From assembly GCF_006345805.1 (NCBI RefSeq), contig NC_042997.1:115444001-115508000 (forward strand): a stretch of 64,000 nucleotides of DNA, read 5' to 3'. This stretch comes from Octopus sinensis. Taxonomy: Eukaryota. Below, piece after piece: positions 1 to 14,700 of this stretch. Positions within the stretch are counted from its first letter, which is position 1; every line of letters begins with the position of its first letter. The notes beneath the pieces are model-generated. The model searched no databases and was not told where the DNA came from. It saw only the letters and a list, made by a program, of their open reading frames with translations. A program made the position numbers and the translations under genes.

Positions 1-319
1 CCTTCCGTGGCAGGTATATTCTATTGGCACTGTCCCTGGGATTATGTATTTACAAATCAATGCGGATAAAGAAAGCTAGCTCATCAGATCATTAGAATAT
101 CATGATTACATCAATTCTTCAACGCTGACCTGCACTGATTTGTAAATATACAATTTTACTTATAATGCGTAGTATGCGTATTAGTGCGTACATATAAAAT
201 AATTTGTTATATACTGAACCTATTACATGATGAAGGTTGCGAAACGGGTGTAATCCTGCGGATGTAAAACGTTTAAATAAATATATTCACTTCTCATACC
301 CACAGAATTTTTATGATTT

Positions 320-640
320 CTATGTGTACATTGATGCAACTGAAGACACCATGAAAAATCGTCTGCGTAACCCTCCCACATCATTTTTTCAATGGAAACG
401 AAAGGCACTGCTCATCATTATCTAACATCATCTGGAGGCTCAAACGGAATGGAGTGGAATATACAACTAACTGGTCTATAATAAAAAGTGCTAGACCATC
501 CAATAGAACATTGTGGGGTGTGTAACTTATGTCTAGAGGAAACTGGGGATCATCACAGTCAGGGAACACATAATGAAGAAGCGTTCCAAAGTAATTGTAT
601 CATGCGAACATAAGATCAAAGAATCCATCCTAGAATTCGA
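320..640 (+). mobile_element. Decayed GIY-YIG endonuclease C-terminal region of a Penelope-like element
   Basis: Across frameshifts reads VYIDATEDTMKNRLRN..SSLSNIIWRLKRNGVEYTTNWSIIKSARPSNRT..CNLCLEELGII..KKRSKVIVSCEHK, matching the Penelope-type EN pattern (YIG.TE..FK.R..NH / LSK.IW.LK / CNLCL.EK / KRSEL...C.H). Confidence 0.75.
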
Positions 641-1292
641 AGAGAACATTACAAAACAGTGAAATACCAAGCATCATTAGCATTTAACTGAACAAGAGAA
701 GAACTTATAAACGAACTAAACAAAACAAACATAAAAAACATTGTATTTCTGTTATATCATTGTACCATCAGAAGTAATTAAAAGGACCCTTTAAGAGAAC
801 ATCATTTGTTAACTCAGACAAAACAGTTTGCTTTCTAGCCGTATAACATCAGAATTCGTTGAGGAAGTGCCTGCTGTGACTAAGGTCAAACCAATGACCT
901 ATACTACCTAACCCAACATGTACACACACAAATATCAAAACAAGTCTAGCCTCACAAACTCTAGCGAATCCTGGCTATCGCTCAGGGTGCCGGGTGCTCG
1001 CGACTGAGGGTTAGTCAACCAGTTCGAAACTGATTCTCTCTCTCGCGATCCCGTTGTCTGCTAGACGATGGTAGTGGGTTTGGTCCCCCACCCTCACTAG
1101 CAATATATAGAGTATATAAAGGGTGCAGCGTCGACCGATAATCAACTAGAGGAAGATCTGCCTGGGTTAAACTAATAGTAACCTGGAACTGTCACTTTCA
1201 CATGGCGATTGACTTTACTTGTTTGTATTCTTACTACTCTGATCTCTTCTTGAGATTTTACAATTAGCTATTTTGCTTATATATACATACAT

Positions 1293-1369
<77 letters not shown>

Positions 1370-2422
1370 ACACATATATATATATATATATATATCCAAG
1401 TAAGTTTTATCTTAATAATTACGATGCGCACTCTTATTCTATCTCTTTTCTGTCTATCTATCTCCCTCTCTTGTTCTTCCTTTCTGTTTTTCTCTCCCAC
1501 CCTTCCCCTATTTTCTTCCTCTCCCCTTCACCGTTCCCTCTTTCTCTCTTTCTCTTTCACTCGTGCTCCTTGACTCTCTCGTTGCTCACACGTGACCAAC
1601 AGCCATTCTCTCTTTCTTCCACTTCCTTCCTAAAGACAAGACGTGCTTTAATCTGTCTCTTCTCAAAGCTCGTTTTTCCAGCTTTCACCACTTCATATCT
1701 TCTTGGCTTAACAGCCCTCACCGTTTTTCTTTACTGTTTTGTTCTCATTATCCTGTTTTTGTTACCACTTTCACTCTCCTCAAAAAATCTTGAAGGACTC
1801 TTTTAACGAAGTTGCGTCATTTTATTACCTTCGAAAACGCGGAGTAGATAAAACAGGGGAGAACTGACGAAGGGAATGTTCTTTACGTTACCTGTCTCGT
1901 TTCTCTGTTTGTTTTTTTCGTTCGAAAAAAGTTCGTTTTCTGTTTTTGTTTATTATGTTCTCGTTTTTCATTCTGTCCACATTTTTTATGTCTTGTACCC
2001 ATATATGCATGTATATATACATATATATGTAGGTATGTGCATATATGTATGTATATATGCATATATTTATATATTATTTATATTATTATATACATATACA
2101 TATATAGTTATGGTATTTTCTGTAAAGAACGTAGCAGAGCACAGTAGAGAGATCGTACACCTTCAGATTTACCCTGTGCTATCCACATGTAGTATCACAC
2201 GTACTTGCAGGTTTGCGTGTGGGCATCTGTCGTGTGTGAATAAGTAATTGAAGAAATTGGAGTTAACAAGAAGGAATACGGTTGGACATTTATTTTTTAA
2301 TCACTACAATTGTTTCGGCGCAGTGTAGATCTCCAGGTGTATAGGTACTTGATTATATATATCTGCACTTAATTATATGTATACTTAATTATATATAAGT
2401 ATATATGTGTATCTATCTATCC

Positions 2423-2530
<108 letters not shown>

Positions 2531-2575
2531 GTATAAACACATACATATATACATACGCACACACACTCACAGATA

Positions 2576-3495
2576 TTGTGTCATTCCATAAATAATGCAG
2601 TTTTTTCCATTGCATAAACTAAAAGTAGTTGGACGATGGGATAAAATACCTGCATCAACTTGCTATAAAAACAGGCAGTAACTTTACCTTGTCCTTATTC
2701 TTAGTGCAAGTTTTGAAGAGTGCAGTCCGATTTTAAGAGTTATTTTTTAAAGCTATATTGGAAGTGACAAAGGAGCATATTTAGAATATTTTGCTTTATG
2801 AGTTCAATAAAGGCAACAACGCAACGGAAAGTGCGAGGAATATTAATGCAGTATATGGGGATCAGACAATAAGTGTAAGCCAGCGTCAACGGTTGTTCCA
2901 GAAATTCCGAGCGGGAAACTACAGCGTAGAAGACGAGCCTCGTCCTGGAAGATCTGTGGAGCTCAATGAGGATTTCCTGCAAACCCTGGTGGAACAAAAT
3001 CCCATTGTAACTGTTGAGGAACTTGCAGAGAAGCTTGTTTCGGTCATTCAACCAGTCATCGACACCTACGCTAGAAAAAAAAGGGACCATCTTTGGTTTC
3101 AAGACGAAAGGCGTTATTTCATCAGGATAATGCTCGCCCACATACGGCGAGGATGACATTCCAAAGGCTGGAGTAGTTTGAATGGGAAATGATACCCCAT
3201 CCATCATATTCGCCCGACATTGCCCCATCTGATTATCATTTATTCTGCAGTCTTCAAAATCATTTGGACAGAAAAATATGAATTCTGTAGACGAGGTGAG
3301 AACAGTACTGGAGGAGTATTTTTCGTCACAGACAAATGAATTTTGGAAGAGGGGCCTTGCAAGTCTACCAGATAGATGGAAGAGCATTGTTAAAAATGGA
3401 GGAGAATATATTTTAGATCAAACAGAAAACTTTATCTTAATTTTAAAAAATAAAAAAGAAGTAAAGAACCTGCATTATTTATCGGGATGACCCAA
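2576..3495 (+). mobile_element. Internally deleted mariner (DD34D) transposon with both TIRs and TA target duplication
   Basis: TA|TTGTGTCATTCCATAAATAATGCAG ... CTGCATTATTTATCGGGATGACCCAA|TA. HTH region (EFNKGNNATESARNINAVYG, EDEPRPGR) joins directly to FHQDNARPH..HPSYSPDIAPSDYHLF..LPDRWKSIVKNGGEY. At 920 bp it lacks the WVPH linker and the first catalytic Asp. Confidence 0.92.
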
Positions 3496-3521
3496 TATAT
3501 ATATATATATATATATAATAT

Positions 3522-3564
<43 letters not shown>

Positions 3565-4162
3565 GTGTGTGTGTGTGTGTGTGTGTATGAACGGAAGCAT
3601 GATAAAGGAACGAACGGAAAATTCATACACAAGACATGGACTCTTTTCTTGTCAATTATCGTCCTAAGAATCATTGCAGTTTCATGCCTTTAACAATAAT
3701 ATTGTTAAGTTTTGGTGGCTTTAGCAGCAAAAAGGTGCTGGGAATAATGAGTGAACGTGGAGGGGAGTGACAAAAACAAACACGACACATGTAGTGAGTA
3801 CGGATATAAATATATAAGCAAAATAAAGACCGTGCAGCTGTAAGACAGTGATAGGACGTGACGAGTGTAGAAGTAATGCAATGGAAAATGATGTCCTTTG
3901 AGACTAGAAAAGGAAAGTGGAAAGATAAAGAGATAGAACAGGAGGTGGAACAACGAAAAAATCAACAACAAAAACAAATTCCTGGTTGAAAGTGGAGGAG
4001 AAAGCGAGAGGCCAGGAGAAGGGTGACAAGTCAGTGGTCAAGCGAAAAGAGAATGTCGGAAGGAGAAATGGGGATGGTCACAGGTCACATGATAGTGGGA
4101 CAAGGAGGAGAAGGCGAAAAAGTTGTGAAGGGCAGAGAAAAAGGCTGAGAAGGGGTAGATAT

Positions 4163-4576
4163 ATTTCTTTATTGCCCACAAGGGGCTAAACATAGAGGGG
4201 ACAAACAAGGACAGACAAAGGGATTAAGTCGATTACATCGACCCCAGTGCGAAACTGGTACTTTATTTATCGACCCCGAAAGGATGAAAAGCAAAATCGA
4301 CCTCGGCGGAATTTGAACTCAGAACGTAACGATAGGCGTAATATCCATTTCTTTATTACCCGCAAGGGGCTAAACATAGAGGGGACAAACAAGGACAGAC
4401 ACAGGTATTAAGTCGATTACATCGACCTCAGTGCGTAACTGGTATTTTACTTATCGACCCCGAAAGGATGAAAGGCAAAATCGACCTCGGCGGAATTTGA
4501 ACTCACAACATAACGGCAGACGAAATACGGCTACGCATTTCGCCCGGCCTGCTAACGTTTCTGCCAGCTCGCCGCC
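4163..4576 (-). mobile_element. Two tandem copies of tRNA-derived SINE family A (MetaSINE-like core)
   Basis: Minus strand GGCGGCGAGCTGGCAGAAACGTTAGC..GAGTTCAAATTCC (B box)..TTTCATCCTTTCGGGGTCGATAAGTAAAATACCAG..AGCCCCTTG; the second copy repeats the 3' two-thirds. Confidence 0.85.
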
Positions 4577-5667
4577 TTGAGAAGGTGGGTAGATAGAAAG
4601 GAAGGCAGATAGACGGGATAGTTGAGAGAAAGGGAATGAGGGAGGGGTGCGCAGAAAGAGAGGAGGAAGGTGAATAATAAAGATGAATAATAAAGTGAAG
4701 CGGGTAGACAGAAAAATCAACAGAGGTGGTGAGAGAGGGAAGAGAAAGAAAAGGCAATATTAAACGAAATTGACAGCATTTGGTTTTCCCAATGTGGACA
4801 CCCCAACAAAACACTAACGTTTTCACACTTTGGGGCACTATTCTTCCACTACGACCGTTACGACCCTTGATGTTATGTGAACGAAAGTCCGTCTTAGATG
4901 TGTTGTGAGGGAAGTGGAACCTCGCCAGGTTTTAAACATTCTATCACAAAGTATGTGATTCGTGTAAGGTCGTATAAATCCAATATTGAACTAAATTGAC
5001 ATTTATCTGAAGGAAGGACCCAATAATTTCACATAGCCTTTTCTTCAAGATTAGAAAGCATTAAATTCTAAATAAAACCAAGTAAAGAAAACTGTTCGTT
5101 TTTACTATGGCTATGTCAAATTTGCTTTCTCTCTCTCGCTTTTCTTTTTTAAAGTAATTCATACATTAAAAAGAAAAAAGAAATAACAAATAAAACCTCA
5201 AATATAATTTAAAATAGAATAAAATAGAAGCAGATTTTCTCCTCTGCTGAGAACATGGGAAAGCGAACCGGATGTAAAAATGTCTACGAGATAAGCTGTA
5301 TTAATTATGGTACGCTAATGACAAACAGCTGCACATGGAAACTGCTGATTGGCTGAACGCCGTGCAAGTTTATATAATAAGCTCAATTCAGCTTTAGACA
5401 GAAAACTCCACGTTTTATATTATTTTATACTGGTTCGGTTTAATCTTTCAGCGAATAAAGAAGTAAAAATTATAAGCGAGGCTTCATTTCAAAGAGAACG
5501 TGCTAGATGCAACCAAGTGGCTATAAAGTGTATACAGATGAAAACATGCATGTATTTTGTAAGGATGGCCACATATATGTACATGCATGCATACATACAT
5601 ACATACATACAAACTTACAAATACAAACATACGTATATAGATATATACACACAAACGTACATAGATA

Positions 5668-5700
<33 letters not shown>

Positions 5701-5705
5701 ACACA

Positions 5706-5760
<55 letters not shown>

Positions 5761-5991
5761 TACTTTATCGGTAAGTATATTGGTGCATATATACATAGAT
5801 AAGTATATTGGCAAATTCATACACACACACATTCACGCACACACACTCACACACACATACACCCACACATTTCATGTACACTATACGTTCGTATATACAA
5901 TCTTGCGTATATACAACCATCCATACATATGTACATTAGATATTGGTGAATCCATCCATTCATATATACGTATGCATATATGTATATATGC

Positions 5992-6029
<38 letters not shown>

Positions 6030-6057
6030 GCATGTATATACACACATATATACACAT

Positions 6058-6090
<33 letters not shown>

Positions 6091-6213
6091 CACACACAGG
6101 CATATTTATATATGTCTTTTCAATATATGTATGTATAAACAACCTATAAATGTATATGCATATATCCTTCATAGTATATATGTACTCGAGTGAGTTTATG
6201 TAAATGCTTATGC

Positions 6214-6299
<86 letters not shown>

Positions 6300-6480
6300 A
6301 AGCAAGAAGCCACATCCACCGAGGTCATTAAAACCAAGTAATTATGTAAGCAGCGTAGAGCTAAACAAGCGAATAATGAGAAACACATAAAAAAAAGATA
6401 CTTGGAGAAAAACTCGTCTGTGTATGTATTAGCTGCTATTCGTACATGTACATACACACATCCATACATCCATACACACC

Positions 6481-6519
<39 letters not shown>

Positions 6520-6848
6520 ATCTGTGTGTGTATCTGTGTGTGTGTGTGTGTATATATACATACATGTTTATACCTACATATATGTATATATGTATATTTG
6601 TATGAATATAGATAGATATATGTGTGTATGCATATATATGTTTTATATATATATATGTAAATACATGTATGTATGTATGTATATGTACATACATACATAC
6701 AGACGTACATTACGGCGATAAGATATGCGTGTGTGAGTGTGTGTATGTGTGTATATGTGCATTTATGTATACATATATATATGTGTGTAGGTGTGTGTAG
6801 GTGGGTATGTATATATATATATATGTATGTATAAATGTATATATATAC

Positions 6849-6896
<48 letters not shown>

Positions 6897-6994
6897 GTAT
6901 ATATATATATATAATGTTTATGAATTTGCATGTATGTGTGTGTATATATATATATATAAATATATATGTATATGCATATCTGTATGTGTATATG

Positions 6995-7045
<51 letters not shown>

Positions 7046-7639
7046 TATATATATGTATATATGTATATATGTATATATGTATATACTTATATGTATGTAT
7101 GTGTGTGTGTGTGTGGTGTGACGATGATAATAAGGCATGACGAACGCCGTGTTGCGATTTGATAACATAAGCATCTTACATTTAATATTAACACATCACA
7201 CTTTCTTCTTCTTCTTCCACCACCACCTCCTCCTCCTCTCCACCCTTTCCACCCTCTCCCTCTTATCCATCCTCTCCCCCTCATCTTATTTATAGCAAAA
7301 AGCTACGTAATGTCACACAGACAAGACTGTCTACCGCCATTCCATTTTCCATTAACAAACACCAGCGAATGTTACATCCACCGTCACTTTCTTTCTTTTA
7401 TTTATCATCAGGTATTTTATTTTATGCAGTTGAACATCGATTCAGCGATAGAATACATTTCGATCTATGATCGATATATCTATAAAATAATGTTATAATA
7501 TATATCCTGAATAAGAAGCGATTTTTGCCGTTTATACTATGGCTAAAAAAGCTGTTGTCTTAGCAAATATAATATTTTCAACGTAACTCAAAACTGTATC
7601 AAATTTATCTTTGCACCTTTTTTTTAGGGATTGAACATC

Positions 7640-7810
7640 AGCCATTTTAGGGTCCCACTTTGAAGGACTTAGTCAAGCAAATCAGCCCCAGTACTTATTT
7701 CTTTTTGACTGTGGTGCTTGTTCTATCGTTCTTCTTTTGCTGAATTACTAAGTTACAGGAATATAAACCAACTCTGGTTATCAAGTAGTGATGGGTAACA
7801 ACAACCAATC
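7640..7810 (-). mobile_element. SINE family B 3' fragment
   Basis: Diverged reverse complement of the family B body seen at 10860-11045 and 36530-36725. Confidence 0.55.
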
Positions 7811-7845
7811 ACACTACATCCATACATACACACATACACACATTA

Positions 7846-8150
7846 CATGTCCAGATATGCAACTATATGCATGAGAATACACACATAAAACATACAAATC
7901 TGCACATACATACATACATACATACATACATACATACATACATACATACATACATACATCATGTCTAGATATGCAACTATATGCAAGAGGATGCATATAT
8001 AAAACAAAACATACAAATCTGCACATATACATACAAAAATAACCTTTTGATGTTTTTGAAATACCAATGAAGGAGTCTTGGATCTAGTTAGAAACCGGTT
8101 CCTTCTCTATTGGCAAGAAATCTTGAAATAAAACTGAATAATGACACATA
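7846..8150 (+). mobile_element. 3' UTR of RLE retrotransposon family B with a duplicated ~70-bp unit, (TACA)n tract and terminal stem-loop
   Basis: CATGTCYAGATATGCAACTATATGCA..CATACAAATCTGCACATA occurs twice and also follows the RLE stop codon at 16840-16920. CCAATGAAGGA..TCCTTCTCTATTGG at ~8060-8113 resembles 30115-30165. Confidence 0.6.
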
Positions 8151-8499
8151 CACACACACACACACACTCACACACACCACACACACACACACTCACACAC
8201 TCTCTCACACACACACTCTCACACACACATGAATAGAACAGATAAACACCCATATATACCCATGTGCTAAGAGGTAAACTAACAGGCCGTTCCTTAGAAC
8301 GGTTCATGGCAGTTCAAAACATTAATTCTGTTACAGAATGTAGTAACTCAATGCATATTTACAGAATAACCAAGGAAGTATAAAACAGTTGAAAAGAACA
8401 GATAACATGGTACTGTAGGCTGCAGGTAGCAAGCCCGCTGTGCATACAAGACTCCAGGAATTTCAACAAAACCTCAGTTAATAATAACAACGATTAGCC

Positions 8500-8812
8500 G
8501 GAGATGACTTTTATGATGGGAATATCTGAAATTAACTCGACTGCTCTCACAAACGTGAATACTAAAAATGAACTCGACTACTCTCAAAAATTAAATAAAA
8601 AAACTGGAAAAATAATCCAGAATCCTTGTCCGGTACCGGATCGATCCCAAAATCTAGTAAGTTCGTGCCAGTCACAAGGCCAAACATCCCTGAAAGTTTC
8701 ATTTGAATCCATCCAGCGGTTCTTGAGATATCTTGTCCACGGACAAACAAACAAACAAGCAAACACGACTGAAAACAATACCTCCGCCTTTGTTAAGACG
8801 GAGGCAATAATT
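8500..8812 (-). mobile_element. Non-autonomous Helentron/DINE-like element (partial)
   Basis: Terminal hairpin CCTCCGCC-TTTGTTAAGA-CGGAGG next to (CAAA)n and an AAAGTTTCATTTGAATCCATCCAGCGGTTCTTGAG motif, an architecture typical of non-autonomous Helentron-associated elements. Confidence 0.5.
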
Positions 8813-8932
8813 ATAAAAGTAAATGATAAAATAGGTTTATCAAAGAAATTAGCTTCAAAGGAAGATATGTGTGCTCTGACAGAATCATTTTCTAAAGAGA
8901 AATAGGTTGACCATTCCAGTATTAATTTAGAT

Positions 8933-9274
8933 CAGGAATTCTCAACTATTTTTTTTTATCTTTGATTACTATCCTATTCTGGGGGACCTCCATAGCCATT
9001 CGATGTTTAAAAACTAGTTTTATAGCAATTTATTTCAAAATTTCTATTTTTTTCTTTTTTTTTTCACTCATTAACTTGTATAGGTTGAACTATGTAAAAT
9101 GTTAGAGAAAGAAACCCGGCTGTTTCTAGCAATACATACATCTAAAGCAAAATTTTTTCAGGGGGTCCTTAAAATACTGTTGTGGATCCCCAATTAACTA
9201 TTTTGTTGTGTTGATCCCCCAAAAACTTATATGGACCATGAGGGGTCCATATGAACCCCAGTAGAGAACCACTG
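8933..9274. mobile_element. hAT (Charlie-like) MITE
   Basis: Imperfect TIRs CAGGAATTCTCAAC / GTAGAGAACCACTG; 8-bp flanks ATTTAGAT (8925-8932) and ATTTCGAT (9275-9282) match 7/8. A fragment of the same family lies at 50357-50452. Confidence 0.8.
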
Positions 9275-9381
9275 ATTTCGATGAGTAAAAGAATAAATGA
9301 ATTCTATGACCAGTTGGGAGAGACCTAAAGGGAGAACAAAATAAGGTTTAGAAACAGAAATGATGGCTTCCCTATTACTGC

Positions 9382-9438
<57 letters not shown>

Positions 9439-9568
9439 TGCTTTCAAATTTTGTGTCACTTGTCTGTTTTCCATTTTTTTCTCTCGTTGTTTGCGTACTC
9501 ACTTCATGTGTTTCGTACTTAATGTTATTTACAGTTGGTGACGTCCTGTACCCATTTATGCATATATA

Positions 9569-9676
<108 letters not shown>

Positions 9677-9873
9677 TTAAGGGTTTAGCAACAAGTTGCT
9701 TCACCACATACCGAAAATTTAGAAATAGCAGCCAAAGACAGCTAATTCCTTTTAACTACAAATATGACTCCACAGGCAACAATATTTGTAACTCACATAG
9801 GCAAAAAGAAGGAAAAATAACAAAATCAAACAGTCTCTGTCTGTCTGTCTGTCTCTGTCTGTCTGTCTGTCTG

Positions 9874-9942
<69 letters not shown>

Positions 9943-9944
9943 GG

Positions 9945-10100
9945 TGGAAATTTGGAGAAAAACAAAAGACGAAGACGGGTGTGTGAATAACAAGCAGGTA
10001 TATTAGTTTGACGCTCGGGAAAAATGAAAAAGGTATTTTTTGTTTCGAGCCTACGCTCTTTAACAAAAAAGGAATAAGAGAAAATAAACAGGCAGAGAAT
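9945..10100 (-). mobile_element. Short repeat family with a decayed hammerhead-like motif (same family as 27620-27810)
   Basis: Minus strand ..AAGAGCGTAGGCTCGAAAC..GAGCGTCAAACTAATA..CTTCGTCTTTTGTTTTT aligns with 27690-27800. Confidence 0.6.
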
Positions 10101-10161
10101 GAAAAACACTTGTAAATTTCAGCGGTCCGACATTGTGAATGTATGTATGTATGTATGTATG

Positions 10162-10192
<31 letters not shown>

Positions 10193-10332
10193 TATGCGTG
10201 TGTGTATGTGTATGTACATGTGTGTGTCTGTGTATGTATCTGTATTGTTTATTCTTTCACACACACACACATGTACATACACATACACACACGCATATTA
10301 CGCTCACACTTATACACACATCACACACATAA

Positions 10333-11045
<713 letters not shown>

Positions 11046-11599
11046 AAAAGTACATGCGCAGACAAAACAAACGCACACAGAAAGACATACACACACATAT
11101 GTAAACACACGCGTTTACACACACCGCACACAAACGCATATACTCAAACATACAAACACCCGCGCACACATACATACGTAATGCATGTCCATTGTCCATG
11201 TTCCATCTCATTCTGCCCTGTCCAACTCCCCTTCCTCCTACCGCCATTGCGTCTCTCCTAAAACAACACACCTCCCACTGCTCACCTTCTTTGTTTCTCT
11301 CTCTCAAACAATATATCTTTCAATCTCTTTTTTCTTTCTCTCTCTCTCTTCTCTAGACACATCCCCACCACCATTATTGTCTCATCTGTTTGCAATCACA
11401 ACAAAACTTTCACTTTCTTATTAACCTACTGTTTGCTATTCTGTCATCTAGTCTCTCTCTCCCCTCTCTCTCTCCTTCTTTTTCTCTCCTCTCCTCTCCT
11501 CTCTGTTTCTCTGTCTCTCCTCTACTCTTTGTCTCTCTCCTCCACTCTCCCTATTTCATCTCTTTTCACCTCTCGCTTCACCGCTTGAAGAATCAACAT

Positions 11600-11730
11600 T
11601 ATTGTACTTCGAAAGATCCTTTAGGGGTCGTTAAATTAAGTACCAGTTGAGTACTGGGGTCAGTCTGATCGACTGGCCCACTCCCCCTCCAAATTTCAGG
11701 CCTTGTGCCTATATAAGAAAGGATTATTGT
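11600..11730 (-). mobile_element. SINE family A 3' fragment
   Basis: GGGGTCGTTAAATTAAGTACCAGTTGAGTACTGGGGTC core motif as in other copies; strand assignment tentative. Confidence 0.5.
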
Positions 11731-12174
11731 TTTTCGGAAGATAATGAAAAGTCTAAGTTTTACTAAAGAAACCCAATAAGACCATAACATGTCCGGAGTT
11801 GCCTCCCCTATGCTTATCGTAGAAAATGGCTCAACTCAAGCTAACTCAAATAATTTAATTTAGCTGCCTTCTTGATTGGCAACATCTAATCTGCGGAGAT
11901 CAAGAAAAACTGATTCCAGTCACGGATCTGCATCTTGTAAATACATTCGTTTTACTCATACTTCAAAGACACTGACAGACTGTCTGACGGAGGCGAGCAA
12001 CCTGAAATTTTGAAGTCACTGTTAAACTTTTTTTTTCTGTAGTTTCATCTCAGAGCTGCGGCCATGCTGATGCACCGCCGTTGAATTTTAAAACATGTAC
12101 TCTACTAAATTGTAAGGCTATATTATTTTTTAATATTCTATATAACATGACATAAAACCCAACATTAATATATA

Positions 12175-12392
12175 CGTTAAGGAGCTGAAAAGATCCTGGT
12201 TTAAGGGTATCGTGAAAGGCCTGATTGGAGGTCCAATCTTCAGAGTTCTTTTATCGGGCTTAGAAAAACTGAAGGACTGCTACAATAAGTGTATGAATCC
12301 GATAGGGGAATATGTTGAATAAAATCATAATTAACTGATCTTCCTGTATTTTATTTTACACAAAGTCAAGAACATTTCAGCATCCTTTCGTA
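12175..12392 (+). mobile_element. Mariner 3' end remnant
   Basis: GLEKLKDCYNKCMNPIGEYVE* resembles a mariner transposase C-terminus; followed by a TIR-like CAAGAACATTTCAGCATCCTTTCG|TA. Confidence 0.55.
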
Positions 12393-12929
12393 TGCATACG
12401 CAAATACACAGACACATGCACACTCGTACGCACGCACACAGACACACACACACACACACACACACACAACAAACACACACACACAAACACACTAATTCGC
12501 ACATCCAACCAAAATTGGATGGGTTGTTTAGAACGCCTCAGACTGCGGCGAACGTCTTGCAAAATCATCTTGTGTTGATGACAAATGCTAAAAAGCAGAG
12601 ACTTTACCGGCTGGTGAAATTTTCGTTACAACCGATGGATGGCACAACAGCATCATGTGATTTCACAGTAGGTTGTGGATTATCAGCAGTAGCTGGTTAA
12701 GTACTGAATGACAGGTTGAATATCAGTGAAACCGGTATGGCATAACAGTGGCCAAACGACCAGTGATGTCGCGAAAAGGTGACTGGCTGTGAATAACTCT
12801 GACGTCCTAAAGTGTTCTAAACAACACATCCAATATATGTTCGATGTGCTAATTGATATTCTTTACAAATCCTGCTTCTCCAAGGTTTGAGCTTCATCAC
12901 TCCAATTTTCTTTCTTGTGTTACAGAGGA

Positions 12930-13290
12930 AACATGGCAGCTCCGCTAGTCTGAAGGTGTGTGAGAGGCCGAAATTCATCGCAGGCTTCCAATACAGAACA
13001 TCGCTCTACCGTTTGCAAGTTTGTATGAGTGGATCGCGAAGTTTAAAAATGACTGGAAAAGCAGGAAGCGCGAAGAGGAACTAAAATGTCTATTAACCTC
13101 CACCAATGATCTGAAGATTCGAGTAGTTAGAGAGATGGTTCTGGCAAATCGACGAGTGATCATCGTGTTCTCTACTTATTAGCCATGGTTCTGCATACGA
13201 AATAATCCCCGACAAACTTCGTTTCAGAAACGTCTGCAAGATGAGTGCCAAGAAACCTTACCGTAGCCCATAAGCGCAACTGTGCGGAGA
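12930..13290 (+). mobile_element. Mariner transposase N-terminal remnant
   Basis: Broken reading: EIHRRL..VYEWIAKFKN..VREMVLANRRV..ISHGSAYEII.DKL.F..VSAR.VPRNLT. Confidence 0.6.
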
Positions 13291-13576
13291 TCTACTAATG
13301 TTTATTCTCCCGCTACAAGTATAGAGGAGTGCTGATCCTGGATCCCTGAATCCCCTTTCAGCTCCTTGACACACACGACTTAATTCAGCTCTACAGCTGT
13401 TTCAACGTTGTGACTATAACACTATCATTTACATAATTATGTAACTGATATATAAAACTGCATAATTCACTTAAATGTGATGAATAAACCGTTTCGTCAA
13501 GAGATATAATTGAAATATATGATATTTTCTCTTAGATTCTGCATATATAGCTTCACTGGTCAATTAAATCATCAAC

Positions 13577-13612
<36 letters not shown>

Positions 13613-14059
13613 TTCTTATGTGCGTCCGTGTCTATGTCCGCGCTCATGGTCTAAGACCTGGGATTGCTCATGTATCTCTTCAGGTTCCGTTACCTAGCAG
13701 TTCAACAAATAGGGTTCAATAAAATAAATAAGCGAATGTAGGAAATACTGAGATCAATATGATCAACTAAAACCCTTCAAAGCGGTGCCCCAACATGGCC
13801 GAAGTTCAATGGTTGAAACCAGTAAAGCATTAAGTGAATTGAGGAATATACACTTTATGACGACGAGAGTTCCAGTTGATCCGATCAAGAGAACAGCCTG
13901 CTCTTGAAATTAACGTGCGTTCTCCCTTGACATAATTCTCAGGGAGATTCAGTGTGACACACGCACGCGCACACACACACACACTGTGTGCCTTTCGTTC
14001 CTTCTCTCCCATCTCCCCTTCCTCGTACCACGATTGTACCTCTCCTAAAACAAGCCTCC

Positions 14060-14067
14060 TACCTCTC

Positions 14068-14104
<37 letters not shown>

Positions 14105-14231
14105 CTCTCTCCTCTCTGTCTCTCTGTCTCTGTCTCTGTCTCTGACTCTGACTCTCTCTCTCTCTCTCTCTCTCTGACTCTCTCTATTTCTCTGACTCTT
14201 TCTCTCTCTCTGACTCTCTCTCCTCTCTGTC

Positions 14232-14282
<51 letters not shown>

Positions 14283-14621
14283 GACTTTCTCTCTTCCGAC
14301 TCTCTCTATTTCTCTGACTCTCTCTCTCTCTCCTCTCTGTCTCTCTCTGTCTCTCTTTCTGCCTCTGTCTCTCTCTCTCTCTGACTCTCTCTCTCTCTCT
14401 CTGACTCTCTCTCTCTCCGACTTTCTCTATTTCTCTGACTCTCTCTGTCTCCTCTCTCCTCTCTGTCTCTCTCTCTGTCTCTGTCTGTCTGTCTATCTGT
14501 CTGTCTCTCTTTCTCTGACACACTGACTCTCTCTGACTCTCTCCTCTCTCCTCTCTGTCTCTGTCTGTCTGTCTCTCTCTCTGATTCTCTCTCTCTCTCT
14601 CTGACTCTCCCTCTCTCTCTC

Positions 14622-14659
<38 letters not shown>

Positions 14660-14700
14660 CTCCCTCCCCCATCTCTCTCCCTCCCCCCCTCTCTCTCCCT
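14060..14700. repeat. Polypyrimidine (CT)n/(CTGT)n compound array with recurring GACTCT sub-units
   Basis: Direct reading; almost no A or G except in recurring TGAC/TGTC. Confidence 0.9.

Noticed and set aside
995-1050. CTGAGGG..GAAAC hammerhead-like words
   Set aside because: Core is not CUGANGA and the spacing to GAAA does not give a proper stem II.
2290-2340. Minus-strand CTGGAGA..GCC-GAAACAATT followed by AATAAA
   Set aside because: It resembles a decayed Penelope-type end, but stems I and II do not pair convincingly.
5320-5380. E-boxes, CTGATTGGCTGA (CCAAT box) and TATA-like TTTATATAA
   Set aside because: Short motifs expected by chance, atypical spacing, and no downstream exon evidence.
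11975-12030. CTGACGG-AGG..CCT-GAAA..GTC hammerhead-like layout
   Set aside because: Core mismatch, and the stem I strands are identical rather than complementary.
13470-13545. Minus-strand AAGAGA..TCTCTT-GAC-GAAACGGT
   Set aside because: No recognisable CUGANGA upstream; at best a very old remnant.
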